Counted from the whole stretch's first letter, positions 1-13,433 are shown. The stretch: DNA of 53,861 nt, filler included, from Sluysia triapertura (GCA_046118255.1; 4 parts of 4 records of this genome joined end to end with filler, not necessarily neighbours in it), one strand, 5' to 3'. The notes: generated from the sequence alone by a model not told the origin. Made by a program: numbers and translations.

Positions 1-274
1 ATAAAATAAAGGTAGAATCAGATGTACATTATATAGTATATAATAAAACAACTATTATTCCAAAATGAGACATGTTTTGTATTATAAAACAGTGATTACC
101 CAATTAGAAATTTATTGTAAATATTCTAGAATTTTATTTCAAAAACACTCAAAAGGATAATGAAATTCATGATTTTTAAGACCATTATACTGTCATTTAT
201 TTATAGGTCATGTTCATAAGATAAAATCAGGTGCACCAAAATCAAAAACCGATGCATCGTGAACAGCCCCACTT

Positions 275-335
275 TTAAGTACTTATTTTACAATATGCAT
301 AAGCGCAATATAAATTAAAATATAATTATTATTAT
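275..335 (+). mobile_element. LINE (L2-like) 3' tail fragment; related copies at about 5160-5250 (+) and 12826-12882 (-)
   Basis: All three places share AGCGC(A/T)ATATAAATTAA followed by a TAT-type microsatellite tail. This resembles L2-clade 3' ends. Confidence 0.45.
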
Positions 336-851
336 GTTAGTTCTGAATCTATCCTGGAAGTATTAAAAATTCGCAAAATAAAAGTCATCAAAATGTAGTA
401 ATTCTTACATAATTTACTAATAATAAGCTATGTGATCGATGATGTAGCGATCATGTTTCAAATTAATCAATTAAAATTATTATTATCTACACCATTATTA
501 CTCATAGTACTATTAGTACTATCTGTATTCAATTTCATTACGTCATCCTTATCATCAAACCACATGACGTAACATAAAATCACAACACAAGCAAACCTGG
601 CTAACAAACATCACCCAATCAGATAACACAATTATTCAATCCTAATACACAACATACTAACAATCTGATTTGGTAGCTAATAAAACGACATTAGAAAAAG
701 AAAAATAAAGCCACACATTGGTAAAAAGTTTAATAATAAAGTTAGACGGCCATTTTGTTTAAAAAAATAAAAATCGACAACCATGATTTCACGTAAAAAA
801 TAAAGGTACAATACCAACAAAAGTTTTAGAAAAACGATAATTATCACCATT

Positions 852-2325
852 TTGTGTCCAAGAATTAAAAAAGGGCCTGTTACGGTTTATTTACGAGTTA
901 ATATTGAGACAAAAGCTCATGTAATGGATAAATCGCATTATTGTAATTTCGATTCGAATGATGTCATTAGATTCATGCAGAAAATTCTTAAATCAGACGA
1001 ATTAGCACGAAATACGACCAAGCTCACAGCAGCATTGGAAAATTCAAAATCTAATATGTATCATGATTTGACGAAGCATAAAGAAGATTTAGTTAATGAT
1101 GTTAACGATGTTACCAGTATAGTTTCAGCCAATGTCGTAGATGATCAATTTAGCGAAGACTTGGTTAATGGTGTGAACGATGTCACCAGTATAGTTTCAG
1201 CCAATATCGTAGATGATCAATTTAGTGAAGATTTGGTTAATGATGTTAACGATCTTACCAGTATAGTTTCAGCCAATGTCGTAGATGATCAATTTAGTGA
1301 AGATTTAGTTAATGGTGTGAACGATGTTACCAGTATAGCTCCAGCCAATATCGTAGANNNNNNNNNNNNNNNNNNNNNNNNNNNNNNNNNNNNNNNNNNN
1401 NNNNNNNNNNNNNNNNNNNNNNNNNNNNNNNNNNNNNNNNNNNNNNNNNNNNNNNNNTGATCATTTTAGTGAAGATTCAGTTAAATGTGTCAAAGATGTT
1501 ACCAGTATAGTTTCAGCCAATATCGTAGATGATCATTTTAGTGAAGATTCAGTTAAATGTGTCAAAGATGTTACCAGTATAGTTTCAGCCAATATCGTAG
1601 ATGATCGATTTAGTGAAGATTTAATCAATGGTGAATCATGCCGTACTACCGACATTATTATCGATGAAGAGATACTCGATGTTCCTGACGACGTCACTAA
1701 GGATAACATGTCTGAGGACTTTAAAGGTAACAGATTAATTTTGAATTTTGATTTGCATTTTATTCACAATTATAATCTTTATATTGATTATCTTAGAATC
1801 TGCAGCTCATCATGCCACGAAAATGGGACCATGGACGAAGAAGCACTGTACATAATGGAACCTAGAACCATGTATATAAATTTAGATAAATTTAAAATTT
1901 TAATAAATTCATTTGTTGACAGTTTTAGATTCAATTTTAGTTTTAACACCATAAAATACTTTAAATTAAACGACAAAGTAAAGTGTAATCATATTAAACC
2001 AAGTTACATCATAACTGAGATAGACCATATAATAAATAACCACCCAACTTACAAAAGCGTTAACTTGAATAAAAGAAAAAATTATTGGGAAACCATTCTC
2101 GAGGTCAAACATGACTTCAATTTAGGGAGTTTCCAATATAATATTTGTAAAGCTGTACCAAACTGTAGACAATACGAGATATATCTCAAATACGTTAATA
2201 TAGTTGATTCAGATAACCTTAAGTGCCAGAAAGTTGCGAACAGCTTGATTCTACTGAAACCAGAGATTAAAATACCTAGTTCAATCAGCTTTAACCATAT
2301 TAATAAACTACTGCCCTCCATATAA
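852..2325 (+). CDS. Orphan protein with acidic 24-aa tandem repeats; the two track ORFs are probably one gene split by the N gap
   Basis: The repeat EDLVNDVNDVTSIVSANVVDDQFS continues after the gap (DHFSEDSVKCVKDVTSIVSANIVD...) and reads without a stop into the 1708-2325 ORF. First ATG is at 924. Possible intron 1727-1796 (GTAACA...TTAG). Upstream CCAAT (615) and GCCATTTT (YY1-like, ~749) motifs. No family recognised. Confidence 0.6.
1083..1632 (+). repeat. 72-bp coding tandem repeat, at least about 6 units, interrupted by a 100-N gap (1358-1457)
   Basis: Units start at 1083, 1155, 1227 and 1299, and after the gap at 1471, 1543 and 1615 (partial). Confidence 0.95.
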
Positions 2326-3268
2326 ATAATTTATTTTTATATTCGAAATGATTTATGAAGGTTTTGAATTGCTAACAATTTAAGTATAATTTTAAATTTA
2401 TTACAAATTACAATGTAGATTCTTATTATATTCAAGAAAAAAGTTTAAAATAATTATTTTATTCACCTTAAGAATTAATCAACACAAGGTGTTTAAATTT
2501 TTAATTCTCCTCAAGGATTCCAACAATTATTTGGGTGCATTTATAACTATACTTGCTACTTAAATGATAACTAAATTAAGTATTCTTGAATTTGTAGACT
2601 TCTTCTTAACTTTTTTTGTTTTATTTCTTTTTCTATTACCGCATTTATTTAAATGTCAAGAAACTTTTGATTTATTATGATAAGAATCTTTTCTAGTTTT
2701 TTATTTAAGTGTCGTAATTGCAAACTTAAACATGAATTTTCTTTGTAATGACAAAGTAATCATTAATACTTTACTTCATAATTTTAATATTGATTTATGT
2801 TTATTTTTAAATATTAATTTATTTTATATTATTTTAATTTCTAAATAAGTTATTTTTATTTGGATACATTTCGCAATTCTAAATCACAACGAAAATTTAG
2901 TTAACATTACTGAAAACTTATTAAATATAAAAAGAATTAAAGTAAATATAATAAATGAATCATAACTTGGATGTCCAGATATCCCATGATAATTTTAGGA
3001 TTAATAAAATAATAGCAATAAATTAAAATAGATTTTATTACAAAATATTGTGACAGTAATGAAATATTTTGATTATTATTTTCTAGAGCTTTACCACTGT
3101 ACAATTTTAAATATTGATATAAATGAAAAAAATTATTTAATTTTTAGTCAGAATATTAAATTAATGAGAGTGAACATTTATATTTTAAATTTTATTGATT
3201 CAAAATTTTCATTTCCTTATTTTGATTATTTAATTATATATAAAAATCAAAATTTCCTCATATTTATC

Positions 3269-4129
3269 ATGAAATATTGGCAATTAATAGTGTTAATTGT
3301 ATTACTTGTAAATGTCAGTAGTTTTACTGCTGAATTAAAACCAGATTGGCTTGTGATTAAGAATAAATATCCATACTCTACCAAAGAACTTATCAAAATG
3401 ACAATAAAAGCACCATATTCGAAAAATGTAGCTTTAAGTGTATACAAAAGTTATACGTTCAACAATAATGGTTATCCAAGTATTAATAACAAATATTTTG
3501 AAATTGTTAAATATGAAGTCAGTAGAAAAGAAAAAGTGATTTATTTAATTTTTAAAGAAAATCTTAATTTTAAAGCATTAAATATTATGTTGTGTAGTGA
3601 ACGTTTATGTACTTACGAAAATAAGGAAAATTTGTATCGTTTAAAAATAGAATTATTTTCATCTGAAAGTAATTTACACTTACTTAATACAACCAATAAA
3701 AAACAATCGATTCAGTTAGAAATATCTAGTATCATTTACATATCGATATCAATTTTATGTACGATAATAATTGCATTTTTTATTTATAAAATATTTTCAT
3801 TGTTTTGTCAAGATTTAAAAATCAGTAAAACTATCCACAAAGAACTCGATAATTTAGATCCAAATCGTTTCAAGGTAATCAATTTAAATACGGAAAATTT
3901 ACAATTAGCACATATGAATCCAACAATGATTTACATGGAACCAAATCTTTGTATGCCTAGCATCATTCAACCAGGATTGTTACCATATCAACCATTATAT
4001 ATTCCTCAGTACTCACTATCTAGTATAACACCTCTACCAATACAAAACCAGTTTTTAGTACCATCAGCTGGTAATGTGATTTCTAATGAAAACGCCACCT
4101 ATTTAATGAATGATTCCGAATACGAATAA
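3269..4129 (+). CDS. Intronless type-I single-pass membrane protein of 286 aa, family unknown
   Basis: Signal peptide MKYWQLIVLIVLLVNVSS from the ATG at 3269, an ectodomain of about 130 aa, TM helix ISSIIYISISILCTIIIAFFIY, and a Pro/Tyr/Gln-rich tail. AATAAA overlaps the stop. An ORF this long is unlikely by chance at this AT content. Confidence 0.8.
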   Translation: MKYWQLIVLIVLLVNVSSFTAELKPDWLVIKNKYPYSTKELIKMTIKAPYSKNVALSVYKSYTFNNNGYPSINNKYFEIVKYEVSRKEKVIYLIFKENLNFKALNIMLCSERLCTYENKENLYRLKIELFSSESNLHLLNTTNKKQSIQLEISSIIYISISILCTIIIAFFIYKIFSLFCQDLKISKTIHKELDNLDPNRFKVINLNTENLQLAHMNPTMIYMEPNLCMPSIIQPGLLPYQPLYIPQYSLSSITPLPIQNQFLVPSAGNVISNENATYLMNDSEYE

Positions 4130-5613
4130 TAAAATATATACAGCTTTATGAAATGTCTTCATTTTTAAATTACATAAAATGTCTTATTTTATTATAACGG
4201 TTGTTTATAAGCTGCATTGTGAAGAAGATTTTTCATTTAATGTAAAAACAACGATTTTGATTATTCCAATACCAAATATTGACGGAAATTATTCAGTTTA
4301 TTTTGTTTTTAATGTAATTCTTATTAATTAATTAACGATTATTCAGTATGATTTTATAATCTAAATAAAATGTTTATTTTTATTTACTTTTAATCAAAAT
4401 TTAATATAATGTTTTGTTTAAAACTAGTTGTAACTGATTATGTTAAAACTTTTAATTTTTATGCATTCAACGTATTCATTTACACACATTTAACAGAGTG
4501 TAAGAAATTATAAAAGTTAAATATGAAATTTTAAATTTACTAATTTTAATTAGTATAATGGCTAATTGTTTATAAAAGGTTTCTGTCATTATGAATCTAT
4601 ACTTATTCAATAAACTTATTAAAGAAAATCTAAAAAAGGTCTGATTTTGATTTTCATTTGTTTTATATGGATTTTATTTAAATACTGCTTTTATAAAGAG
4701 TGAAGTAGACTTAGTTATTAATTTTAATAACGAGAGTATCAGAAATTTGGTAATGGGACATCAATTGATGGTGAAACTATCTTCAGTGACTCTAAATTAT
4801 TTTGGAAGAAATTAAATTACGATAAAAACATCGAATTATAAAAAGTAAAAAGCAAAAAATTCAAAATGTAATTTAATTATGGGGTTATCTGTTACGTTTT
4901 AATGTTATGTAAATATTTGTAAATATTTTAATAAATATTTTAATGAAAATGGAAAATTTAAAGTTGTAACATTTATAAAAGTTTTAAATCATTAACAATA
5001 AATCTATATAATTAAAAAACCAATAACGAAAATTTTATTATTAAAACTATAATAAAAAATTTTTGTGTCATAAAATTATGTAGTAGAAAAAAGTTTCATT
5101 ATGAAATATTTAAGAAAAAAGCAAAGTTCTTTCTGTTTCAGAAATATTATGGTGAATGATTTTGAGTACTTTCGCAGTAGATATGAGCGCAATATAAATT
5201 AATATATTATTATTATTATTATTATATTATTATTATTATTATATTATTATGCCAATTTGCTTTAATAAATACTATTTTAAATTCTTACTATAGCCATTCT
5301 TTATTTTACTTTTTTACTTCATTTCCATAGTAACATAGTAATGTAATTGTTGTGATAGATTAATTATTTTGGATTTAATTTTAAAGTTTAATTGCATTAT
5401 TAACACTTTTTTACCTCTTCATTTTCTTCTAAATGACATAAAGGATAAAATATATTTAAAAATTTCAAATACGTATTTTTTGTTATTAAACTGTCACATC
5501 TATTTGTATAAAAGCATGTCGTGCTCGGCATTTTTGAATGATTTGTGCGCATAAAAATATTTTTAATTTTCAATGAATTTCTAACTTTGTATTAATTGTT
5601 TATTTAATTCTAG

Positions 5614-5915
5614 ATACAAATACTGGAACACAAAACAGCTTAGAAGAAAAATATGAACAGTGTAAATTAAAACTAAAAAATCTCTTAGAAGAAAAAAGTG
5701 CACTTGAACAAACAAACAAAAATATAAACGAACAGCTTCAAAAATTAAATGAATCAAAATTGAAATTACAAGAAAACCACGAAAATGAAATAAGTAGAAT
5801 GAAAAACGATCTTGAAATCAAATTACAATTGTATAATGAAGATAAAAAGCTACATGAATTTGAAATGGAAGAACAAACAGCAAAATACAAAGAAACAGAA
5901 ATTGATCATCAAAAG
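5614..5915 (+). CDS. Internal exon of a coiled-coil protein
   Basis: Acceptor TTCTAG and donor AAG|GTATAT. Open frame (D)TNTGTQNSLEEKYEQCKLKLKNLLEEKSALEQTNK...EIDHQK is E/K/Q/L-rich with heptad character. Enters in phase 1, exits in phase 0. Confidence 0.8.
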
Positions 5916-6204
5916 GTATATTTTATTCTTTTAATTAATACAGTAACTAGACATATCTAGACATATAATATAATAGAAATGTATTGACTTAAAAACAATA
6001 TTATACAGAAAAAACCACATTTTAATACTAAATCAATATTTTCTTGATAATTAATAATTATGATCAGTTAAGATAAACATAACTTTCCTCATTTACTTCT
6101 AAGCTTAAAAATAGTGTAAATGAATATATTACGAAAAATTAATTCAAAATATTAGATTGCAATATTTTCAATGTCGTATTTTAAACCTCAAATATATTTA
6201 TTAT

Positions 6205-6404
6205 TAATGTTCCCTCCAACAAAATACTAACTATATGCAAATATTAAACTCATGGGCGAACATTTGTAGCATTCTGATCATATTTTTAAAATTTATAATT
6301 ATAATAATGTCTGCTTTAAGATATAGCGCGGGGAGCAGTTAACTGCAACAGCGTGTACAATCTACTACTCGGCAGCGCAGTCGCGCAGCTTAGAGGGAAA
6401 ATTG
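6205..6404. mobile_element. hAT-like MITE of about 200 bp
   Basis: Imperfect TIRs TAATGTTCCCTCCAA and TTAGAGGGAAAATTG. The 8-bp flanks TTTATTAT and ACTATTAT match at 6 of 8 positions, like a decayed TSD. GC-rich subterminal region. Confidence 0.55.
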
Positions 6405-6819
6405 ACTATTATGATTTAGTTAAATTTTGTTTTAACAAATAAATTGCCATCTAGTCAATTCGACTTTTCAAAAATATAATATTAAAATTTATGTTACTAC
6501 TTTCAATAGTTTTTGACTTGAAAATTCAATCAAAAGATACAAATAACATCTAAGAAACATTTGACAGAAACCCTAAGATAAAACTCTTCTGTAATAGTTT
6601 TACAAATTTAATGATAATAGAAATCTTTCGATTAATGATCGAAGCTGTCCGAAACTCATACAGAATGTTCATGTTTTATAATATAAAGAACTGATGTATA
6701 GTTATTTATCTACTGTAGATTATTTTTGATATTAATGTTTATACTATAGAAGTTCTTATTTAAATGGTTATATTTAGTGCTTTTAAAGTTTTAAGTACAT
6801 AAAGTTTAATGTTTACTAA

Positions 6820-7000
6820 TTTACTGTTAGGTTGTCATCACAACCCTTTAAAATCATATAAAATGCTTTAAAATTATCTATAGATCTTTGAAATCACTTT
6901 AAAAATAATTATTTTCCAAAAAAGAAAAAACAGAATACAAGCTTCTAGAATGTATTAGGACATTCCATCGATTTTAATTGGCTGATATAAACTAACATCA
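6820..7000 (+). mobile_element. Dispersed repeat, HSE/CCAAT family, copy 1 (degenerate)
   Basis: AAGCTTCTAGAATGTATTAGGACATTCCATCGATTTTAATTGGCTGAT is the reverse-complement homologue of about 32954-33002. Confidence 0.65.
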
Positions 7001-8678
7001 ATTTAATGAAAATCGCCATTTTATCTTCGCCATATTGAAAATTCAGAAAACCACGATCTTAAAAATTTAGTACGTGAGTTTTTCAATCGTGCATTCGAAG
7101 GATTTTCAACTATTTAAAGTAGATTCTTTTCAAATTCATGTCATCAATAAGTTACTTTTTTATAAGGTGACATTAATTTTGAACAATAAGATTAATATCA
7201 TAAAATAGACTCAAATTTAATTTCTAAAGAAAGAATAAGGTTTCGCTGATATACTGAGGGGCAAAATACATGCAAACTTATATTTTATTAAAAGTTAAAG
7301 ACTAAAAAGCAATTATAACTTCAACAATTATAATTTATTAGAATTTTACTTTTCTTTCTTAATCCTCATAAGTTTTATAATTTGTATTTATCGTCGAATT
7401 TTTAATTAATAAATTTTTGGATATTTAGTTTTATTCATTATATTAAGATTAACATTTATATTTATTAAGTATTTTAAATATAGTTCAGCAAGCATTAAAT
7501 TTGATTGTAAGTTTTAAGGTTGTAAGATTATAAATAAAGTAGCTATTAATTTATCATGTTGCAGAAATGTCAACCACACGTTGTAAGACGTTTACTGTAA
7601 ACGGACCCTATCAAAAAATATTTTGCCGTAGGTTAAGAGTTAGAAAAACCACAGAATTTCTCATAAACGTCTTTTTGAATTGAAAGAAAAAATTATTTCA
7701 TTAAAATTATTACCAAAGATAGAAAATTTTTAGTACTATCATTTATAACAAGAACAATTTACTGCATAAAGAAAGAAGGATGACTCAGGATCTATATATT
7801 ATTTAATCCTAAAGCTATGACTGCTTTTCCTTCCATTTTACTTCACAAATTCCTTTTATAAAATTGTATGACACAAAATTAACTTACTTTATGAACAGTT
7901 TATATGTTTGCAAAGTCTTAGAAGTCTTGTCAATGTTCTGAATGTATTAATTATGAAGTTGATTTAGATGTTACAAGCTGTTGGAAAAGTAAAGTAAGAT
8001 AAATAAATAGATACCTTATTAATCTAAAAATTTACAAAAACTGAAAAGATACGAAGTTAATATTTACTGCTATTCTTCCAATAATATGATTTATTTTTGA
8101 AATGTATTGTAATCTGCGATGAAAAGTGGAAAAGTGTGGCGTTACTTGGCTCGATGGATTAATCAAAATAAACTACCTAAAAATTTTAAATCCTGGTAAT
8201 AAGTATAACTTTTAAAATTGTAATTCTCAATGGAAAATAAGCACAAAAAGTAATCAACGAAACAGCTATGATTTAGTTTATTTTATTTGACAATGCTAAT
8301 TGTATTGTAATTGTATTGGAGGATTTCTTCTTTAGTAGAATTATTGATGAGAGATATTTTTCGGTCGCTAGAAGTTAATTAACTTTGTAAGTAAAGATAC
8401 CATAATAACTGTTATGAGGGATTTTTGTTTCATCTGATATTCTTCTGGAATTCTTATCGTTAAGATCTTATGTTAATTGTTTATAGGTTTGAATTTGGAT
8501 CAATAGATCATTTTTATTTTCATTTCATAAAAATAAAGCAGAACATTTTTGGCCAACTATTCAAAAGTAAAAAATAGTTTGCGTGTCTTGATATGTTGTT
8601 CATTTTTTTCACCGTGTAACAAACAAACAATGTTTATAAATTATTTCGTTTTAAAATTTTGTATTGCTAATTATTCAG

Positions 8679-8828
8679 AAAGAAGAACAATTGAAAAAAG
8701 ATCTAACCAATATTATGGTAGAATTAAGAAATAAAGACGCTGAAAATTTAAAACAAAACCAAGAATTAAAGAATTTGAAGTCACAATTGTTAAATGCAGA
8801 ACAGATATTAAAAGAAACTTATTCTAAC
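8679..8828 (+). CDS. Next exon of the same coiled-coil protein
   Basis: Branch-like TGCTAAT, acceptor TTCAG, 150 nt encoding KEEQLKKDLTNIMVELRNKDAENLKQNQELKNLKSQLLNAEQILKETYSN, donor GTTAGT. Phase 0 matches the 5915 donor. Confidence 0.8.
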
Positions 8829-9710
8829 GTTAGTAATAAATTCTGTATTTTACTGCTTTACTATTTTGTTTTAACAATAATAAAACAACAATGATAATAA
8901 TGTGGTTTCATGTAAAGAATTAACCTACTATCAGAAAACTGAATTTAATGAATTTAATAAATTAATGAGTTTATCCGAGACTTACACAATAAGGATGATG
9001 ATCAGAAATAAAAATGAGTAAAGACAAGAAATTATTGCTTTAGTAGTGTGGAAAACTATCAAAGACTCAAATCTTAACAAGTAACTTTGGTTTATAACTC
9101 GGTTGAAATTTGGATTTAATTTGAGTTTAATGATGTTTAATCATATTGTCATTTTATAATCCTGCATTAAATAGATTTGAAAAGATGATTTTATCACCGT
9201 AAATAAACCGGTATAAAAATAGGTAAATATCGATGTTTTTACGAAATTAAACAAAAAAAGTTAATTCCCTTCAATTTAAATTTTCGTTTAAAAATTAATC
9301 AAAAATGAGTGTTAGTAAATTGAAATTTTGAGTGGTGGTAGATGAAATAGTTTTTTCAAAAATGCAAATAATATTTTTAAATATATTTTAAAGGATACGA
9401 TGTAAAGGAATAAAAATCTTGATAAAATTTTATAAATATTCTTTAATATTCAGATTTTAGACAGACGTAAAACAAAATAAATAATTTTAAGTCTATTTTA
9501 CTGCATGTATTAAATGTGCATAAAACCGATGAAAAATAAACTAAATGAAAGAATTATTATGAAGTGTAAAAGACTCTAATCTACAAAATAAATATTTAAT
9601 TGAGATTTAATAAAAATTAACTTAGAAGTAATTTTTGATCAATAAGAGTAATCACTATAAATAAACGATTCAGCATAAAATCAACTTTAAGTAAAAGAGT
9701 TGATTTTTAT

Positions 9711-9711
<1 letters not shown>

Positions 9712-9774
<63 letters not shown>

Positions 9775-9792
9775 TAATAATAATAATAATAG
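9712..9792. repeat. (TAA)n microsatellite
   Basis: Directly visible run of TAA units. Confidence 0.97.
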
Positions 9793-11859
9793 CCAATAAT
9801 AAAGATAACTGGGTTAACCTTCTAATTATTGTAGTTTTTAAAATTAAACCAATTAATTTGTACATTTTAGTTCGAAATGTTTAAATATAATAATACTTCA
9901 TAAATAAAATTAGAATAATACTTAATAAAAATAGATTTAATTTTTTTGTATTTTGGAATATTTACAAATATAATTTAAAATTTATCTTTTAACAATTATA
10001 TTATTATAATATATTTAATCAGATATTTTGAGACATTAATTTAAAATTAACACAAGTTTTACGTAAATTATTAAATTAATTATAATTATTTTTATCCATC
10101 TAATTTAATGTATAAAACAAAATTTAAAATTAAAAATCAAGTATTTAATTATTAAGTAGATTAATACATTTATATCATATTAAATTAAAAACTAACCAAA
10201 CATTATAGCTAATATTTTGGCATTATGCATCGCCAACAATAAAAAAGATCATCGTACTTTTTATAAAACAATGTATAAAATTAATAATCGATTCAATGTT
10301 TTAAAAAAAATAATTTAATGAACTTATTTTTAAATTGATTTTATTGTAATTTGTTAAAATATTATTGGTTAATATTGACTAATAAACTGATTCTTTATTT
10401 TTTATATTATATTTTAATATTACTTATTTTTAAAATATTTTTCAGTTTTATTTTAATATTAATATTGCCATTTTATTTATATTTAACTTCATACATTGTT
10501 ATCTATTTTATTACACGATAAGAAAATGGTAGGTAATATTACTTACTATTTATAAACTATAACAACCTAAAGCAAACTTTTCTTAAAATTTTTTTGAGTA
10601 TGTATTAATAATTACTTTCGCCATATTTAGGAATAATTATTGCGAAAATATATTTCACATAAGATTCGAGTGAACTGCCTATGACTGAGTATAGTAATGT
10701 CCGACCGATCTGGTAATTTGATAATTACTAATTCCACTATGCAGCTGAGAGTCATGTCTTACTATTTTATTGTTATGATGTTTGGATTCTTTATGATTTT
10801 TTCTACTGAATTATCACATCTTATGATTTTAATTATGGTCATGCTTTTTTCTCTCATTTTGCTTCTTGTAGGGGTGATATTTTGTTACATCTTTTAATCA
10901 AATTAATTATTTCATTAACCTTTTTTACTCCAACCTACTGACTGATTTTAGTGTTTGTTTATACTCTTGGCACCATTTTGGTCTTTGTGGAGATGACATA
11001 TGGTTATTGAATTTATGGGGTTTATTTAATTTATTATTATTACTCATTAAATTAATTATTAATTTATTGAATTTGTTATCAAACTTTTTATCACCATCTC
11101 TTTTAATGAAAAAATTACTTCCCTGCTTAAGATACTTAATCAATTTATTATCATTCTCAAAATTTAAATTTTAAATTCAAAAATAATGAAAACAGTTTTT
11201 ATTTTTGTTACAAATTGACATGTAAAAAGGGCTTATAAGCAAAGGTTTCAGTCGCTACGATAAATTTACCAGCAATAGTCTTTATTGTTGAGTACGAGTG
11301 ATTTGAATTGTCCAGTTTTTTCACAATCCTAGGTATTACGTAGTGTAATGAACTCTAAATCTACACAAATCAACACTTCATACATAAATAAAATGCGAAA
11401 CAAGTTACTTGATACATTCAAGACATAAACACAGTCCTGATTTATAATTACCATAAATTTATAGTTATTGTTATAATAATTACTTTAACAATAATAATTA
11501 TTCTTGTAATAATAATAATCGTAATAATAATATTAATAATAAATCCTTATAATTCTGTATTGTTATTATTTTTTATTTATTGTCACAATTACTTTCTTTT
11601 TCGTTCTGTTCCTTTTTGTATGCATGTATGTTTATTTCTTTACTGTATCTACGTTAAATGTCTGTTAAATTGCAGATATCGTTTCTTTACTACACCAAAC
11701 ATTTTAATTTTTTACAGACTTTACTGTTATCGAATTTATAGGCAGTTTTTATTTGTTATGTTTTCAGAATGATTATACAATTAAACGCTAATTATTTGAT
11801 TGCATTACAATTTCTGTTTGATGTAATTTAGAGAAAGTTGCTTGAACGTACATTTGAAG

Positions 11860-12500
11860 ATTTCGAAAGTAAACATTTATCAAATACTTTTCCAATATTG
11901 GCAACAACATCTTTTTGAAAAGTTTTCGTCCAATAACGAATGGATTTAATAAAAAATTCTCAAAATTAATTCCGAAAATTCAATTTGAAAATGAAAGTTC
12001 GATTAATGTTATTGTGAAAATGAAAACTGTGATATTTATGGAGTTTGATCTGCGTTGATGTATTTTGATGCCGAGGCACATAAAATAATAAATACTTTAA
12101 GATGAAATGTTCATGGACTCGTCAAATAATTTGGTGTGCGGCAATTATAAGGTCAATGTTTCGATAGGTCTTATAGTATTTGAGATGTTGTGATAGTGTG
12201 AATCCATAACTATATCAATTAGACATTGTCAATAATGTTTATGTTTTCGGTCCCAGTGATTGGTTGGAAGAAGGATGTCAAGTATTTGGGAAATATCTGT
12301 TGCTTAGTGTGGAAAATATTAAAAATAATGATATTAAAAGATGCAATTATTATTGGTATATTTCTTCCTGGAGTTAATCACAATGTCAGATTTATCGTTT
12401 GGAGCAAGAAAATTTATAATTCAAGTTTCAAAATGTCTGTGTATGCAAAAGTCTATATATTTACAAATTTGTGAGCTTTTTAATTGGCGCTACATATAGA
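11860..12500 (-). mobile_element. Highly decayed non-LTR retrotransposon remnant (APE-endonuclease-like and RT-like words)
   Basis: Minus-strand peptide words LYVAP, IPIIIASFN (cf. IIIGDFN), TYRNIDLII and VVANIGKVFDKCL occur in the order expected for LINE ORF2. Many stops and deletions. Confidence 0.4.
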
Positions 12501-12558
12501 TAATAAAACATTATAGATCATTATATCAGAGATGACACAAAAATATCAATTCAGAGCA

Positions 12559-12949
12559 TGTAGTGGCCAACACTCATAATTAAAATCTATCAAAATATCA
12601 TATTTAACATTCACAAATTAAATTTCACCAAAATTCAAATTTTAAAACAATCACATTTTTTTACTATCAAACTACACCAACACAAACACTATAAACAATA
12701 CTCCATATTTATAACATTCCATCAATCTACACATATCAACAATTCAACCAACACTTTTAACCATCCATAGCACAACAAACTCCGACATTTAATCTCGAAC
12801 AAATTCACAACATTTACTCATAAGATATTAATATTAATATTAATATTAATTTATATAGCGCTGTTTAGTCACAACTGCTTAGAATATATCTGTTTAATAG
12901 ATATATAAATAGTAAAGTAGATACATCATTAGACTATTGCATTACTACA
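12559..12949 (+). mobile_element. Possible solo LTR
   Basis: TGTAGT...ACTACA termini, C/A-skewed interior, and a TATA-like plus AGTAAA motif near the 3' end. A similar start (TGTTGTGGCCAAC) with a C/A-rich tract lies at about 50557. No clean TSD. Confidence 0.35.
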
Positions 12950-13433
12950 TTCATAAGCATCTTTTGATCCGTTACTTCCTCTACGTTCTTTAATTTACTT
13001 TTTGATTTCAGGATATTTTAAGATGTTTATTTTACAGTTACTGATATATTTTCGATTTATAATTTTATTTTAATTTTACTAAGATGTTTCTAATATATTT
13101 TATTATTTACTGTAAATTGATTCTTACAATTTCGTCAAATATACATTAACACAAACAATTGTTAAATATTGCCTATAGTGTTATTTAATAATGTAATGCA
13201 CACTTACACGTTCTATAATAAATTATTCTAGTATAAATTTAAATAAAATTTTTATTTAAAGTACAAGTATGATAAGTACTTAAAAGATGAATAGAAATAT
13301 TTAGTTTTAAATAAATAATTTATTTTATAACTTTTTCTCAATTAAATTTTTCATTAACATATTACATAAAGATCTCATTATTCCTCTTTTAATTGAGATA
13401 TCTATATACTTAATTATGCATATTTTTATTTAG

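Noticed and set aside
206-270. Tiny PIF/Harbinger-like MITE (GGTCATGTTCA...TGAACAGCCCC)
   Set aside because: TIR match is poor and there is no clear 3-bp TSD.
3050-3268. N-terminal extension in the 359-aa track ORF
   Set aside because: Starts at GTG and has non-coding-like composition. The signal peptide begins at the ATG at 3269.
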